Of a stretch of 64,000 nucleotides of DNA, positions 49,417 to 59,004 are shown in pieces. The notes beneath the pieces were generated by a model. It saw only the letters and a list, made by a program, of their open reading frames with translations. It made no database searches and was not told the origin of the DNA. Every line of letters begins with the position of its first letter. The first letter of the stretch is position 1. Both the position numbers and the translations under genes were made by a program. Origin of the DNA: an uncultured Solirubrobacterales bacterium (GTDB taxonomy: Bacteria > Actinomycetota > Thermoleophilia > Solirubrobacterales > Solirubrobacteraceae); assembly GCA_963770885.1 (NCBI GenBank), contig CAVYRI010000002.1, positions 29,265-93,264 of the forward strand, written 5' to 3'.

Positions 49417-49950
49417 TCACTCGCCGCCGTAGAAGGGATTGCGCACCGTGTCGCGGCGTTCCACCAGGGCCAAGGCGGCGTCCATGTCGCGGCCGAGCAC
49501 GGCCGTCCGGATCCCCTTCAGGGTCGCGGCGCGGCTCGAGATCCGGACCTTGGTCTCATCGGTCGCGCCAGGGTCGATGTAGATCGCGACGAACACGAGC
49601 ACGTCTCCGCTGCACGGGATCAGCTCCTCCGCGACCGCGTCGAGCACGCCCTGCCCGATCCCCAGCTGGCCCGCCCCCCAGGTGATCGTCTGGTGTTGCT
49701 CCTCGAGCGCGGTCGCCTTGTTGATCATGATCGTCGGCGGCCAGACGGGCTCGTAGTCGTGCTTGGTCGCGCCGACGACGACCAGGATCGGGGCGTGACC
49801 CGGCGCGGGGGAGGTGAAGGTGCCCAGCAACGAGGCGGCGGTCGCGCTGCCCCGCTCGGCGAGGACGACGTTGACATGCGCGCCGTCGGGGTCGACGCCG
49901 CTCCACCCCTCGCCGATCAGACCGTCGAAGTCAGCCGGGAAGCGGCTCAT
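49417..49950 (-). CDS. formaldehyde-activating enzyme (Fae) family homologue
   Basis: IGEGWSG...GAHVNVVL.ERG, PPTIMINKAT, TWGAGQLGI.QGVLDAV, VFVAIYIDP align by eye with Fae (IGEALVG..VAHIDLI, PNTILFNKVT, MFGPAQ.AV); 177 aa. Confidence 0.72.
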   Translation of the reverse strand: MSRFPADFDGLIGEGWSGVDPDGAHVNVVLAERGSATAASLLGTFTSPAPGHAPILVVVGATKHDYEPVWPPTIMINKATALEEQHQTITWGAGQLGIGQGVLDAVAEELIPCSGDVLVFVAIYIDPGATDETKVRISSRAATLKGIRTAVLGRDMDAALALVERRDTVRNPFYGGE

Positions 49951-51137
49951 GCGGCGCCCCCGGCCGCGGCGCCCGCGAGTTCTGAGTCGACGATCACGAC
50001 CGAACGGTCGCCGTCGCCCCGACACATTCGGCCGAACGCGTCCTGCACCCCGTCGAGCGTGATCAGGTCGGAGACCACACCACCCAGGTCCAGCCGGCCC
50101 GACCGCACCAGCTCGACCAGCCCGGGGAGGCTCTGCGCCGGATCAGACGAGCCGTAGTAACTGCCGACGATCGCCTTCTCGGACGAAAACTGAATCGCGG
50201 GCAGCGACACCTCGGCGCCGACCGGCGAGACGCCGACGACGACCGCGGTCCCACCGGGCGCGAGCGTGTCCCACGCCATCCTGATCGTCGCTGGCGATCC
50301 GACCACCTCGAACGCGTGGTCGACCCCGCCGCCGGCAGACGCCCGCACCTGGGCAACGGCATCGTCGTCCCGCGCATCGACCGCGTGGGTTGCGCCGCGG
50401 CGCAGCGCGTGGTCGAGCTTTGGAGCGGCACGATCGACCGCAATGATCGTCGCCGCGCCGCCCAGGCGCGCGGCAGCGATCACCTGCAGGCCGACGCCGC
50501 CGCAGCCGATCACGCAGACGCGCTCGCCGATCGCGACCCGCGCCGCGTGCGTGACCGCACCAAACCCGGTCACGACTCCGCAGCCGAGCAGTGCCGCCTG
50601 CCACAGCGGAATGTCGCGTGGGATCGCGATCACGCCGGCGCGGGCGACGACCGCGTGCTCCGCGAAGCAGGCGACGGTCAGGCCGTGCTGGAGCACCGTG
50701 CCGTCGGCTCCGCGCAGCCGTGAAGTGCCGTCGGGCATCGTGCCGGCGAGCGAGTTGCGCGCCGCCGTCTCGCACAGCGTCCGGCGTCCGCTGCGGCAGG
50801 CGCCGCACGCGCCGCACGAGGCCACGAACGAGAAAACGACGTGATCTCCAACCGCGAGCCCGGTGACGCCGTCACCGAGGGCTTCGACAACGCCGGCGCC
50901 CTCGTGGCCGAGCACGATCGGCCAGCGCCCGGGTCCGAGCAGCCCGTCGGCGAGGTGGAGATCGGAGTGGCAGACGCCGGCGGCGGCGATCCGGACGAGC
51001 ACCTCGTCGCGGCGCGGCGGCTCGAGCAGCACACGCTCGCAGACGACCGGCCGTCCGGGCTCGCGCAGCACTGCGGCCCGCATCTCGATCGCGGCGCGCG
51101 TACTGCGCCTGAGCTCGGCCAGCGAGGTCTCTGTCAT
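49947..51137 (-). CDS. zinc-dependent alcohol dehydrogenase (class III/formaldehyde dehydrogenase-like MDR)
   Basis: GVCHSD, LGHEGAG, CGACGACRSGRRTLC, LLGCGVVTG, GCGGVG; alternative start ATG 51083. Confidence 0.92.
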   Translation of the reverse strand: MTETSLAELRRSTRAAIEMRAAVLREPGRPVVCERVLLEPPRRDEVLVRIAAAGVCHSDLHLADGLLGPGRWPIVLGHEGAGVVEALGDGVTGLAVGDHVVFSFVASCGACGACRSGRRTLCETAARNSLAGTMPDGTSRLRGADGTVLQHGLTVACFAEHAVVARAGVIAIPRDIPLWQAALLGCGVVTGFGAVTHAARVAIGERVCVIGCGGVGLQVIAAARLGGAATIIAVDRAAPKLDHALRRGATHAVDARDDDAVAQVRASAGGGVDHAFEVVGSPATIRMAWDTLAPGGTAVVVGVSPVGAEVSLPAIQFSSEKAIVGSYYGSSDPAQSLPGLVELVRSGRLDLGGVVSDLITLDGVQDAFGRMCRGDGDRSVVIVDSELAGAAAGGAA

Positions 51138-51144
51138 CTGAATT

Positions 51145-53238
51145 TCAGCTCTGTTCGGAGCGGGCGGCAGGGACCTCGGCCTCGCCGCCGTTGATCGCCT
51201 GCAACCGTCTCAGTTCCTCGAGCGGGATGTGACAGCGGATGCCATGTCCGGTCTCCTCCTCGCGCAACTCGGGCTCGGTCGTCTCGCAGATCGCGCCGAT
51301 CTTGCGCGGGCAGCGGGTGTGAAATGGGCAACCGGCCGGCGGGTCGGCCGAGCTCGGGATCTCGCCCTCGAGCCGGATCCGGAGCCGGTCGAGATCGTCG
51401 AGCGTCGGCACCGCGGACAGCAACGCCTCGGTGTAGGGGTGGTGTGGGCTGTCGAACACCTTGTCGGCCGGCCCCACCTCCATCACCTTGCCGAGGTAGA
51501 GGACGACGATCCGGTCAGAGAGATAGCGGACGACGCCGAGGTCGTGGCTGATGAACAGGTAGGACACGTCCTCGCGGTGCTGGAGGTCGGTGAGCAGGTT
51601 GAGGATCGCCGCCTGGACCGAAACGTCCAGGGCCGAGGTCGGCTCGTCGCAGACCACGATCCGCGGGTCGCCCGCGAATGCGCGGGCGATCGCGACCCGC
51701 TGCTTGAGGCCGCCCGATAGCTGCACCGGCTTCATCGCCAGATGACGCTCGGACAGTCGCACCTCGGAGATCAGCTTCTGCAAGCGCCTGTCGACCTCGT
51801 CGCCTCTGTAGCCGCCGAGCTTTGACAGCGCGCGCGACAGCAGCCGCCTGACCGAGTGACGGCGGTTGAGCGCCGAGTCGGGATTCTGGAACACGATCTG
51901 CAGCGCCTTCTTCTGCTCGCGCGAGCGCTTCTGAGCCATGCCGGGCAGCGGCTTGCCCTCGAGGGCGATCGTCGCGCCCTCGTCGGGCTCGGTCAGCCCG
52001 AGCAGCACGCGGGCCATCGTCGTCTTGCCGCTCCCCGACTCGCCGACCAGCCCCAGCGTCTCGCCGCTTCGCAGTTCGAGGTCGACGCCGGCCAGGCCGC
52101 GAATCGTCTGACCGCCGATGCGGAACGTCTTGGAGACCGCCGTCGCGGAGATCAGCTGCTCGCCGTTGGACTTGGCCCGCGCGGCCCGCTCGGGCTCGGC
52201 CTTGACGACCCGCGGCAGCGTCTGCGCCCGCTCGTGGAAGTGGCAGCGCGAGCGGCGGCCGGGTCCGGCGTCATAGGGCGGCGGCGACTCGTCGCGGCAG
52301 CGCTGCTCGACCAGCCCGCAGCGGTCGGCGAAGATGCAGCCCTGCTCGAGGGCGCCGGGGGTCGGGAGGAAGCCCGGGATCGTGTCGAGCGTCCCGTGGG
52401 CCTTGAGCGTGTCGCGCCGGGGGATACAGCGCAGCAGCCCGACCGTGTACGGGTGGCGCGGGTCGTGGAAGACCTCGCGGGCGGGGCCCTCCTCGATCAT
52501 CTCGCCGGCGTACAGGACCCCGACGCGGTCGCACATCTTCGCGATCACCCCGAGGTTGTGGCTGATGAACATCAGCGAGGTGCCGAACTCGTCGCGCAGC
52601 GCCGAGATCAGATCGAGCACCTCCGCTTCGACGGTCGCGTCGAGAGCGGTCGTCGGCTCATCGAGGATCAGCAGCGCCGGCTCGGACGCGAGCGCCATCG
52701 CGATCACGACGCGCTGGAGCATCCCGCCTGACAGCTGGTGCGGGTAGCGGTTCATCACCCCGCCAGGGTCGGAGATCCGCACCTTCTCGAGCATCTCGCG
52801 GCTACGATCGAGCGCCTTGGCGCGGTCGTCGCCGGCGATCTCGAACACCTCGGCAACCTGGCGCCCGACCCGGAGCGTCGGGTTCAGGGCCCGGCCCGGC
52901 TCCTGGTAGACCATCGAGACGGTGTTCTGGCGGAGCCTGCGCAGATCGCCCTGGCCCATCGCGAGCACGTCGCGGCCGTCGATCGAGATCCCGCCCTCCG
53001 AGACCGTGCCGTTGCGGGCGAGATAGCGGACGACGGCGAGCGCGATCGTCGACTTGCCGCACCCCGACTCGCCCACCAGCCCGTAGGACTCGCCGCGCCC
53101 GACTTTGAACGAGACGTCGCGGACGACCAACAGCGGGTGGCCGCGGACGCGGTAGGTGACGTTGATGTGATCCACCGAGAGCGCATCCGGCGCCGCCGTG
53201 GTCTGGCCCCCGGCAGGGGAGTCGGCGACCGTGCTCAT
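51145..53238 (-). CDS. fused double ATP-binding subunit of peptide/opine/nickel ABC importer (DppD-DppF)
   Basis: GESGCGKST / LSGGMLQR / DEPTT and GESGSGKTT / LSGGLKQR / DEPTS, two oligopeptide ABC C-terminal CxF..RC domains. Confidence 0.92.
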   Translation of the reverse strand: MSTVADSPAGGQTTAAPDALSVDHINVTYRVRGHPLLVVRDVSFKVGRGESYGLVGESGCGKSTIALAVVRYLARNGTVSEGGISIDGRDVLAMGQGDLRRLRQNTVSMVYQEPGRALNPTLRVGRQVAEVFEIAGDDRAKALDRSREMLEKVRISDPGGVMNRYPHQLSGGMLQRVVIAMALASEPALLILDEPTTALDATVEAEVLDLISALRDEFGTSLMFISHNLGVIAKMCDRVGVLYAGEMIEEGPAREVFHDPRHPYTVGLLRCIPRRDTLKAHGTLDTIPGFLPTPGALEQGCIFADRCGLVEQRCRDESPPPYDAGPGRRSRCHFHERAQTLPRVVKAEPERAARAKSNGEQLISATAVSKTFRIGGQTIRGLAGVDLELRSGETLGLVGESGSGKTTMARVLLGLTEPDEGATIALEGKPLPGMAQKRSREQKKALQIVFQNPDSALNRRHSVRRLLSRALSKLGGYRGDEVDRRLQKLISEVRLSERHLAMKPVQLSGGLKQRVAIARAFAGDPRIVVCDEPTSALDVSVQAAILNLLTDLQHREDVSYLFISHDLGVVRYLSDRIVVLYLGKVMEVGPADKVFDSPHHPYTEALLSAVPTLDDLDRLRIRLEGEIPSSADPPAGCPFHTRCPRKIGAICETTEPELREEETGHGIRCHIPLEELRRLQAINGGEAEVPAARSEQS

Positions 53239-54119
53239 CGCTCGAGCACTCCCTGGATCGCGTCTGAGATCAGCGACACCGAGACGACGAGGGTTGCGAT
53301 CGCGAGCGCGTCGAACAGGACCTCCCACCAGTATCCGGCCGGGACGACGCTGTAGTTGGAGGCGATGTCCAACCCCCAGTCGGGCGATGGTGGCTGCACG
53401 CCGAGGCCGAGGAAGGTCAAGGTCAAGACCGTGAAGATCGCGTACGCGAGTCGAACGGTGAACTCGACCAGGATCGGTGCGAATACGTTCGGGAGGATCT
53501 CGACGAACATGATGTAGAGGCTGCCCTCGCCACGCAGGCGCGCCGCAGAGACGTAGTCGAGCTCGCGCTCGAGCAGCACCGCCGCCCGGACGGTACGCGC
53601 GATCAACGGCGTGAACACGAGGCCGATCACGCCGATGATCACCAGGTTCGAGCGCCCCAGGGTCGAGAGCGCGATCACTCCGGTGACGACCAGCGGCAGC
53701 GCCAGGAAGGCCTCGACGAACCGGCTCAGGAAGTCGTCGACGAACCCGCGGTAGTAGCCCATCACGAGGCCGAGCGCGGTCCCGAGCACGGTCCCGAGCA
53801 GGGTCGCGAGTGGCGCGATGATGAGGATGTCGCGCGCGCCCACGATCACGCGCGAGAACATGTCGCGGCCGAGCTGGTCGGTCCCGAACAGATGCGCGCT
53901 CGAGGGCGCCTTGTTGATCCCCTCGAGGTTCTGCGCGAATGGGCTGTGCGGTGCGATCGCCGAGCCGAAGATCGCGCAGATGATCCAGATCAACAGGATC
54001 ACGGCGCCGACCAGGAACGTCTTGGAGTGCAGCAGTTCGCCCAGCAGCTCACGGCGGACCTCGCTGCGGCCCGCGCGGAGCGCGCCTATCGACTCGACCG
54101 GGACGTCGGCGATGCTCAT
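53235..54119 (-). CDS. peptide/nickel ABC permease (DppC-like)
   Basis: HLFGTDQLGRDMFSR, YVSAARLRGE, EILPN, LTFLGLGVQPP.PDWG. Confidence 0.92.
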   Translation of the reverse strand: MSIADVPVESIGALRAGRSEVRRELLGELLHSKTFLVGAVILLIWIICAIFGSAIAPHSPFAQNLEGINKAPSSAHLFGTDQLGRDMFSRVIVGARDILIIAPLATLLGTVLGTALGLVMGYYRGFVDDFLSRFVEAFLALPLVVTGVIALSTLGRSNLVIIGVIGLVFTPLIARTVRAAVLLERELDYVSAARLRGEGSLYIMFVEILPNVFAPILVEFTVRLAYAIFTVLTLTFLGLGVQPPSPDWGLDIASNYSVVPAGYWWEVLFDALAIATLVVSVSLISDAIQGVLER

Positions 54120-55057
54120 TCGGCCGTTCGCAACCGGATCCGCGGGTTCAGCAGCGAGAAGCCGATGTCGGCCACCAGCGTCACAACCATGTACACGATC
54201 CCGATCGTCAGCACGCACGCCTCGAGCATCGGGATGTCGTGCTGGTTTGCGGCGTTGTACGTGAGCATCCCGATGCCGTTGTAACGAAACAGCGTCTCGA
54301 CGACGACCAGGCCGCCGATCAGGTAGCCCGTCTGGGTCGCGATCACGGTGATCGTCGGCAGCAGCGAGTTGCGCAGCACGTGGCGACGGATCACGACCCC
54401 GCGCGGCAGGCCCTTCAGGGTCGCCGTCCGCGCGTAGTCTGACTCGAGCGCCTCGACCGTTCCAGCACGGGCCATACGGGCGATGTACCCGAAGAGGACC
54501 AATACGAGCGGGATCACCGGCAGGATCAAGTACTTCAGCTGGGTGAAGAAGCCCGACCCCGCCGGAGCGGTGGCCGTCACAGGCAACCACCCGAGCGCGA
54601 TCGAGAACACGACGAGCAGCACGATCCCCGAGACGAACTCAGGCACCGTCAGGGCCGACTGGCCGACGATGCTGATCGTCCGATCCAGCGGCTTGCCGAA
54701 GTTGAGCGCCGAGACGATGCCGCCGATCAGCCCCAGCGGCACGACGATCACGAACGCGAACACCGCCAGCTTCAGCGAACGGCCCAGCGCGCTGGTCAGG
54801 ATCGGCCCGATCGGCGCCTGGTACTGGGTCGAGGTGCCGGGGAAGTGGGTGATCCAGTTCCAGTACTGCGTCAACAGCGGCTTGTCGACGCCAAGTGTGT
54901 GATCGAGCGCGCGGACCGCGCTGGGCGCGGCGAGCGGCCCGAGCACCGAGCGCCCCGGATCGCTCGGTAGGACCTGGCCGAGGACGAACACGATCACGCT
55001 CAGCAGCCACAGCGTTACCAGCGCCAGGCCGAGCCGCTTGAGGATGAAGCCCGTCAT
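54116..55057 (-). CDS. peptide/nickel ABC permease (DppB-like)
   Basis: LKRLGLAL, YARTATLKGL, HVLRNSLLP, VVVETLF.YNGIG, DIPMLE, LNPRIR. Confidence 0.92.
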   Translation of the reverse strand: MTGFILKRLGLALVTLWLLSVIVFVLGQVLPSDPGRSVLGPLAAPSAVRALDHTLGVDKPLLTQYWNWITHFPGTSTQYQAPIGPILTSALGRSLKLAVFAFVIVVPLGLIGGIVSALNFGKPLDRTISIVGQSALTVPEFVSGIVLLVVFSIALGWLPVTATAPAGSGFFTQLKYLILPVIPLVLVLFGYIARMARAGTVEALESDYARTATLKGLPRGVVIRRHVLRNSLLPTITVIATQTGYLIGGLVVVETLFRYNGIGMLTYNAANQHDIPMLEACVLTIGIVYMVVTLVADIGFSLLNPRIRLRTAE

Positions 55058-55073
55058 CGGCCGCCCGCCGGCA

Positions 55074-56768
55074 TCAGCTCTTGTAGGCCGTGTTGAGGTA
55101 TAGCTGCGCGATCGAGGTCGGGTTCAGCCCGCCCACATTCGGCGTCGAGGCGGTCAGGCCGTCGATCCAGTACGGGATCACGATCGGCGTCTCGTTGAGC
55201 AGCAGCGTCTCGATCTTGCCCGCGATCTGCTTCTGCGTCGTCAGATCGAGCGCGGCGACGTACTGCTTGACGAGCGCGTCGTACTGGCTGTTCTTGAAGT
55301 GAGCCGCGTTCCACGGCCCCGTCGAGGTCAGCGGTGCCTCGAGATAGACGTTCGGCACGCCACGGTCCCCGTAGTCGACAAGGCTTGCCGTGCCGTCCAG
55401 CCAGTCGGAGTTGCCGTACGTCGCCTTGCCGTAGTAGAGCGTCTGGCTCTCGATCTTGAGATCGAAGTTGATCCCCGCCTTGGCCGCGTCCTCCTTGATC
55501 ACCTGTGCCAACTGGGGGATCTCCTGGTAGACCTCGGTGAACAGCGGCGCGCTGATTCCGGATGAATGGCCCGCCGCCGCCAGCAGCTGCTTGGACTTGG
55601 CGATGTCCTGCTCGCGCTGCGGAAGCGAGAGATCCGAGGACGGGAACCGGGGCCCGAACGGCGTGTCGTTGGCGACCGTGCCGTAGCCGCCGAGCAGCGC
55701 GTTGACCATGCCCTTGCGGTCCAGCGAGTAGGCGACCGCCTGACGGACGCGGGCGTCGGTGAACGGCGCCTGGTCGTTGCGCATCGACAGCTCACGATGG
55801 TTGGCCGACTTGAGCTGGATGATCTTGTAGGAGGGGTTGTGAAGGATCGCCGTCGCGCCCGCCGGCACGAACTGCGCGATCACGTCGACCGAGCTTCCCT
55901 GCAGCGCGAGGATCATCGGCGGCTGGCTGGCGTAGAACTTGAACGACGTGCTCGCCAGCAGCGGCTTGGGCCCCCAGTAGTTGGGGTTGGGCACGAACGA
56001 CGCGCCGACGTTGGTCGTGTAGCTCGAGAGCTTGAAGGCGCCGGTGCCGACGAACGTCTTCTGCCACTTGGAGAAGTCGGTTCCGTTGGGAACGATGATC
56101 GCGTTGTAGTTGTCTGACGAGACCAGGTACGGGAAGTTCCCGTTCGGCGACTCGAGATGGAACTCGACCGTCGTCGAATTGACCTTCTTGACGCCGTCGG
56201 GAGTGAGCACGCTGGTGAACGTCGACAGCGCGTTGGAGGCGTTGTTCTTGTCCGATAGCTGCTTGAACGTGTAGACGACGTCGTCGGCGGTCATCGGCGC
56301 CCCGGTGCTGAACTTCACGCCGGGGCGGAGCTTGAAGGTCCACACGCTGCCGTCACCGTTGTGGCTCCAGCTGAGCGCCAGCATAGGCTGCAACGCGAGC
56401 TTCAGGTTGCTGTCGAAGATCAGGAACTCGCCGGTCTGGTTGAGCATGCACAGACCGCCCGCGTCGGCCACCGTGAGCGGGTTGACGGCGGCCGATGGGG
56501 TCACCGATGCGACCTGGAGCGTGCCGCCGGACTTCGGCGCGGCGCCGCTGGTCGACGACGCGGCGCCCGCCGACGAGGACGAGGAAGAACTGCCGCACGC
56601 GGCCAGGATCGTCCCCAGCAGCACCGTGGACATGCCAATCGTGCTGCCCCGGCGAAGGAACTGACGGCGATCGATCCGCCCCGCGAGGAGCTCGTCGATG
56701 TAGTGGTTTTCGAGTTCGCTGCGTCCGGCGCGGATCTCATCGAGCCTGCGCGTCTGATCCTTATCCAT
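55074..56768 (-). CDS. family 5 ABC substrate-binding lipoprotein with twin-arginine-like signal
   Basis: IDRRQFLRRG...LAAC lipobox, Ser-rich linker, PMLALSW, WTFKLRPGVKF, VGTGAFKL, PFTDARVRQA; ATG 56768 after AAAGGAAG. Confidence 0.9.
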   Translation of the reverse strand: MDKDQTRRLDEIRAGRSELENHYIDELLAGRIDRRQFLRRGSTIGMSTVLLGTILAACGSSSSSSSAGAASSTSGAAPKSGGTLQVASVTPSAAVNPLTVADAGGLCMLNQTGEFLIFDSNLKLALQPMLALSWSHNGDGSVWTFKLRPGVKFSTGAPMTADDVVYTFKQLSDKNNASNALSTFTSVLTPDGVKKVNSTTVEFHLESPNGNFPYLVSSDNYNAIIVPNGTDFSKWQKTFVGTGAFKLSSYTTNVGASFVPNPNYWGPKPLLASTSFKFYASQPPMILALQGSSVDVIAQFVPAGATAILHNPSYKIIQLKSANHRELSMRNDQAPFTDARVRQAVAYSLDRKGMVNALLGGYGTVANDTPFGPRFPSSDLSLPQREQDIAKSKQLLAAAGHSSGISAPLFTEVYQEIPQLAQVIKEDAAKAGINFDLKIESQTLYYGKATYGNSDWLDGTASLVDYGDRGVPNVYLEAPLTSTGPWNAAHFKNSQYDALVKQYVAALDLTTQKQIAGKIETLLLNETPIVIPYWIDGLTASTPNVGGLNPTSIAQLYLNTAYKS

Positions 56769-57663
56769 GACTTGACTTCCTTTCGGTGGCAATCGATCCT
56801 GCGCCGGCCGCTGCCGCGGAATCGACGCTTACATCACTAATTCGATCAAATTTGGTGGGGGACGGGTCTTTGGCGGGGGGCAGGTCAGCCAGGGGGGCGA
56901 GTGATCGCGCTGCGCTGATTAGGTCAGGGAGCATTTCAGCCTTTCGCTCGGACGTCATCCGCCCGCTGGGGATGCACAACGTGAGCGCGGCGGCGACGCG
57001 GCCCACCGGCCCGACCCGCACCGCGACGCAATGGAGTCCGAGCGCGGTCTCGTCGATGTTCTCGCCGTAGCCACGTTCGCGCGTCCGCTCGAGGATCAGG
57101 TGGAGCTCGTCCAGCCCGCCGAGCCGCCGCCCGGTCGGGGTCACCAGCTCCCTGCCGGCGAACATCGCGTTGACCCGTTCGCGCGGCAGGTCGGCGAGCA
57201 GGACGCGGCCCGCCGCGGATGCGAACGCCGGCAACCGGCTCCCGACCGGGCTCACGAGCCGCACCGGGTGGGTCGTCTCGACCTTGGCCAAGAACAGGCT
57301 GTCGAGGCCGTCGAGCACCACCAGGCAGGTGGTCTCGTTGTGGCGCGCGACAAGCCGTCCGGCGACCGAGTGAAAGCCGTTGGTCAGCGCCGCCGCCGGC
57401 GCAGCTCGCGCGAGCCGAGCCGTGCGGGGGCCGAGCGCGAGCGTCGACGTGCCGGCGTCGCGCGCGATCCAGCCGCGCTCGAGCATCATTGAGCAGACCC
57501 GGTGCAAGGTGCTCTTGGGGGCGCCGGTCTCCCGTGAGAGCTCGGCCAGGGTCAGCGTGCCGCAGCCGTCAAGCGCGTCGAGCACGTCAAGCACCGTCGC
57601 GACGCCGGCTGAGCGAGCGCGCGGCCTTCGTGGCGCGTGGGGGCGCACCGCTGAACCTGCCAA
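56761..57663 (-). CDS. IclR family transcriptional regulator
   Basis: LDVLDAL..TLAELSRETGAPKSTLHR, ETTCLVVL, VGSRLPAFASAAGRVLLA, DETALGLHCVAV; both ends uncertain. Confidence 0.85.
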   Translation of the reverse strand: MAGSAVRPHAPRRPRARSAGVATVLDVLDALDGCGTLTLAELSRETGAPKSTLHRVCSMMLERGWIARDAGTSTLALGPRTARLARAAPAAALTNGFHSVAGRLVARHNETTCLVVLDGLDSLFLAKVETTHPVRLVSPVGSRLPAFASAAGRVLLADLPRERVNAMFAGRELVTPTGRRLGGLDELHLILERTRERGYGENIDETALGLHCVAVRVGPVGRVAAALTLCIPSGRMTSERKAEMLPDLISAARSLAPLADLPPAKDPSPTKFDRISDVSVDSAAAAGAGSIATERKSSHG

Positions 57664-57720
57664 ATCTCCTGCCTCCTCCTGGATCCACCGGCGGAACGGT
57701 GTTCAGCGGATGGACCATGC

Positions 57721-57749
57721 ATATTCCTCACACTCGGCCGCCATGTCAA
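57721..57749 (-). promoter_or_regulatory. sigma70-type promoter TTGACA-N17-GAATAT upstream of iclR
   Basis: TTGACA at 57749-57744, 17-nt spacer, GAATAT at 57726-57721. Confidence 0.6.
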
Positions 57750-57765
57750 GACGGCCAATCAGCGC

Positions 57766-59004
57766 CTAACGGTCAGGGCTCGGGCTGGCCGCGCGCGCCG
57801 CGGCAGCCCCCGCCAGCACCTCGGCGACTACCCGGGTCGCGGCGATGATCTCGTCGATGTCGGCGCCCTCCTGGGGGGTGTGGGACTCGCCGCCGTGGAG
57901 CGGGACGAAGACCAGCAGCGTCGCGATCTGCGCCGCCAGGTGCTGGGCGTCGTGACCGGAGCCCGACCAGGTCTTGATCGCGCCGATGCCGAGCGACCGT
58001 GCGGCGTCGACGGCGGCATCGGCGAGCCCTGGGTGCAGCGCCACCGGATCCCCGGTGCGGACCAGCTCGACGTCGACGGTCACCCCCCGGCGTTGCGCGA
58101 TCGCAGCCGCATCACCGCGGATCTCGGCCTCGAGTCGATCCAGCGACGGTCCCGAGATCGCTCGCGCGTCGATCGTCAGCCTGGCGGTACCCGGAATCAC
58201 GCTCACCGCCCCAGGCGTGATTTCGATCTCGCCTACGGTCGCAACCGTCTCTGGGTCCTCGGCGCTGGCGGCGGCCTCGACCGCGAGCACGAGCTCGGCG
58301 GCGGCGGCCAGGGCGTCATGGCGCTCCTCCATCGCCACCTCGCCGGCGTGGCCGGACCTGCCGGCGATCAGCCCCTGCAGCCGACGGGGCGCGGCGACCT
58401 TGGTGACCACGCCGAGCTCGCGCAGTGACCGCCGCTGGGCGACGTGGATCTCGGCGTGCGCGATCACGCGCCCGAGAGCCGGCTGGACGCGCGGCAGCTC
58501 GCCGACGGCCTGCAGATAGGTGACCCGCGCCTGCGCGGCGCTCACCCCGGCCGCGTCTCGGAAACGCTCGAGCTCACGCTCTGAGAGGGTGCCGACCAGC
58601 AGCCGCGAGCCAACGGTGCCGGCCGCGAAGCGCGGTGCCTCCTCGGCCGCGCAGACGAGCAGGCCCGCCCGGGCGCCAGCAGCGAGCCGTTCGCCGAGGT
58701 CATTGACGAGCTCGAGCCCGAGCACGGTCCCGAGCGCACCGTCGTAGCGGCCACCGTCGGGAACGGTGTCGACGTGTGAGCCGGCCGTGACGACCGGGCC
58801 GCTCCAGCCCGCGGGCAGCGCCCAGAGGTTCCCGAACGGGTCGATCCCGGGCTCCAGCCCGGCCTCGCGCGCCCAACCGGCGACGAGCAGCATCGCCTCC
58901 GCCTCGGCGGTCGAGAAGGCAGGGCGGTCGGCCCCGCCGGCAAGACCCCTGGCGATCTGCCACAGCTGCTCCAGGCGCGCGGCGATCCGCTCACGGTCAG
59001 GCAA
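57766..59004 (-). CDS. M20-family N-carbamoyl-L-amino acid amidohydrolase (allantoate amidohydrolase-like)
   Basis: DPFGNL, GSHVDTVPDGGRYDGALG, AAEE, GRSGHAG, DALAAAAE, PGAVSVIPG, SGSGHDAQ; TTG start overlapping upstream stop. Confidence 0.88.
   Translation of the reverse strand: MPDRERIAARLEQLWQIARGLAGGADRPAFSTAEAEAMLLVAGWAREAGLEPGIDPFGNLWALPAGWSGPVVTAGSHVDTVPDGGRYDGALGTVLGLELVNDLGERLAAGARAGLLVCAAEEAPRFAAGTVGSRLLVGTLSERELERFRDAAGVSAAQARVTYLQAVGELPRVQPALGRVIAHAEIHVAQRRSLRELGVVTKVAAPRRLQGLIAGRSGHAGEVAMEERHDALAAAAELVLAVEAAASAEDPETVATVGEIEITPGAVSVIPGTARLTIDARAISGPSLDRLEAEIRGDAAAIAQRRGVTVDVELVRTGDPVALHPGLADAAVDAARSLGIGAIKTWSGSGHDAQHLAAQIATLLVFVPLHGGESHTPQEGADIDEIIAATRVVAEVLAGAAAARAASPSPDR

Noticed and set aside
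56540-56600. Ser/Ala-rich run in the substrate-binding protein as a repeat element
   Set aside because: Ordinary lipoprotein linker.
56761-56890. Extended C-terminal tail of the IclR overlapping the SBP start
   Set aside because: Probably run-on into a regulatory region or a sequence error; no evidence of a functional domain.
57693-57705. GGAAC-N3-GTTCA as a second copy of the 19053 palindrome
   Set aside because: Different spacing and imperfect arms; cannot be distinguished from chance.
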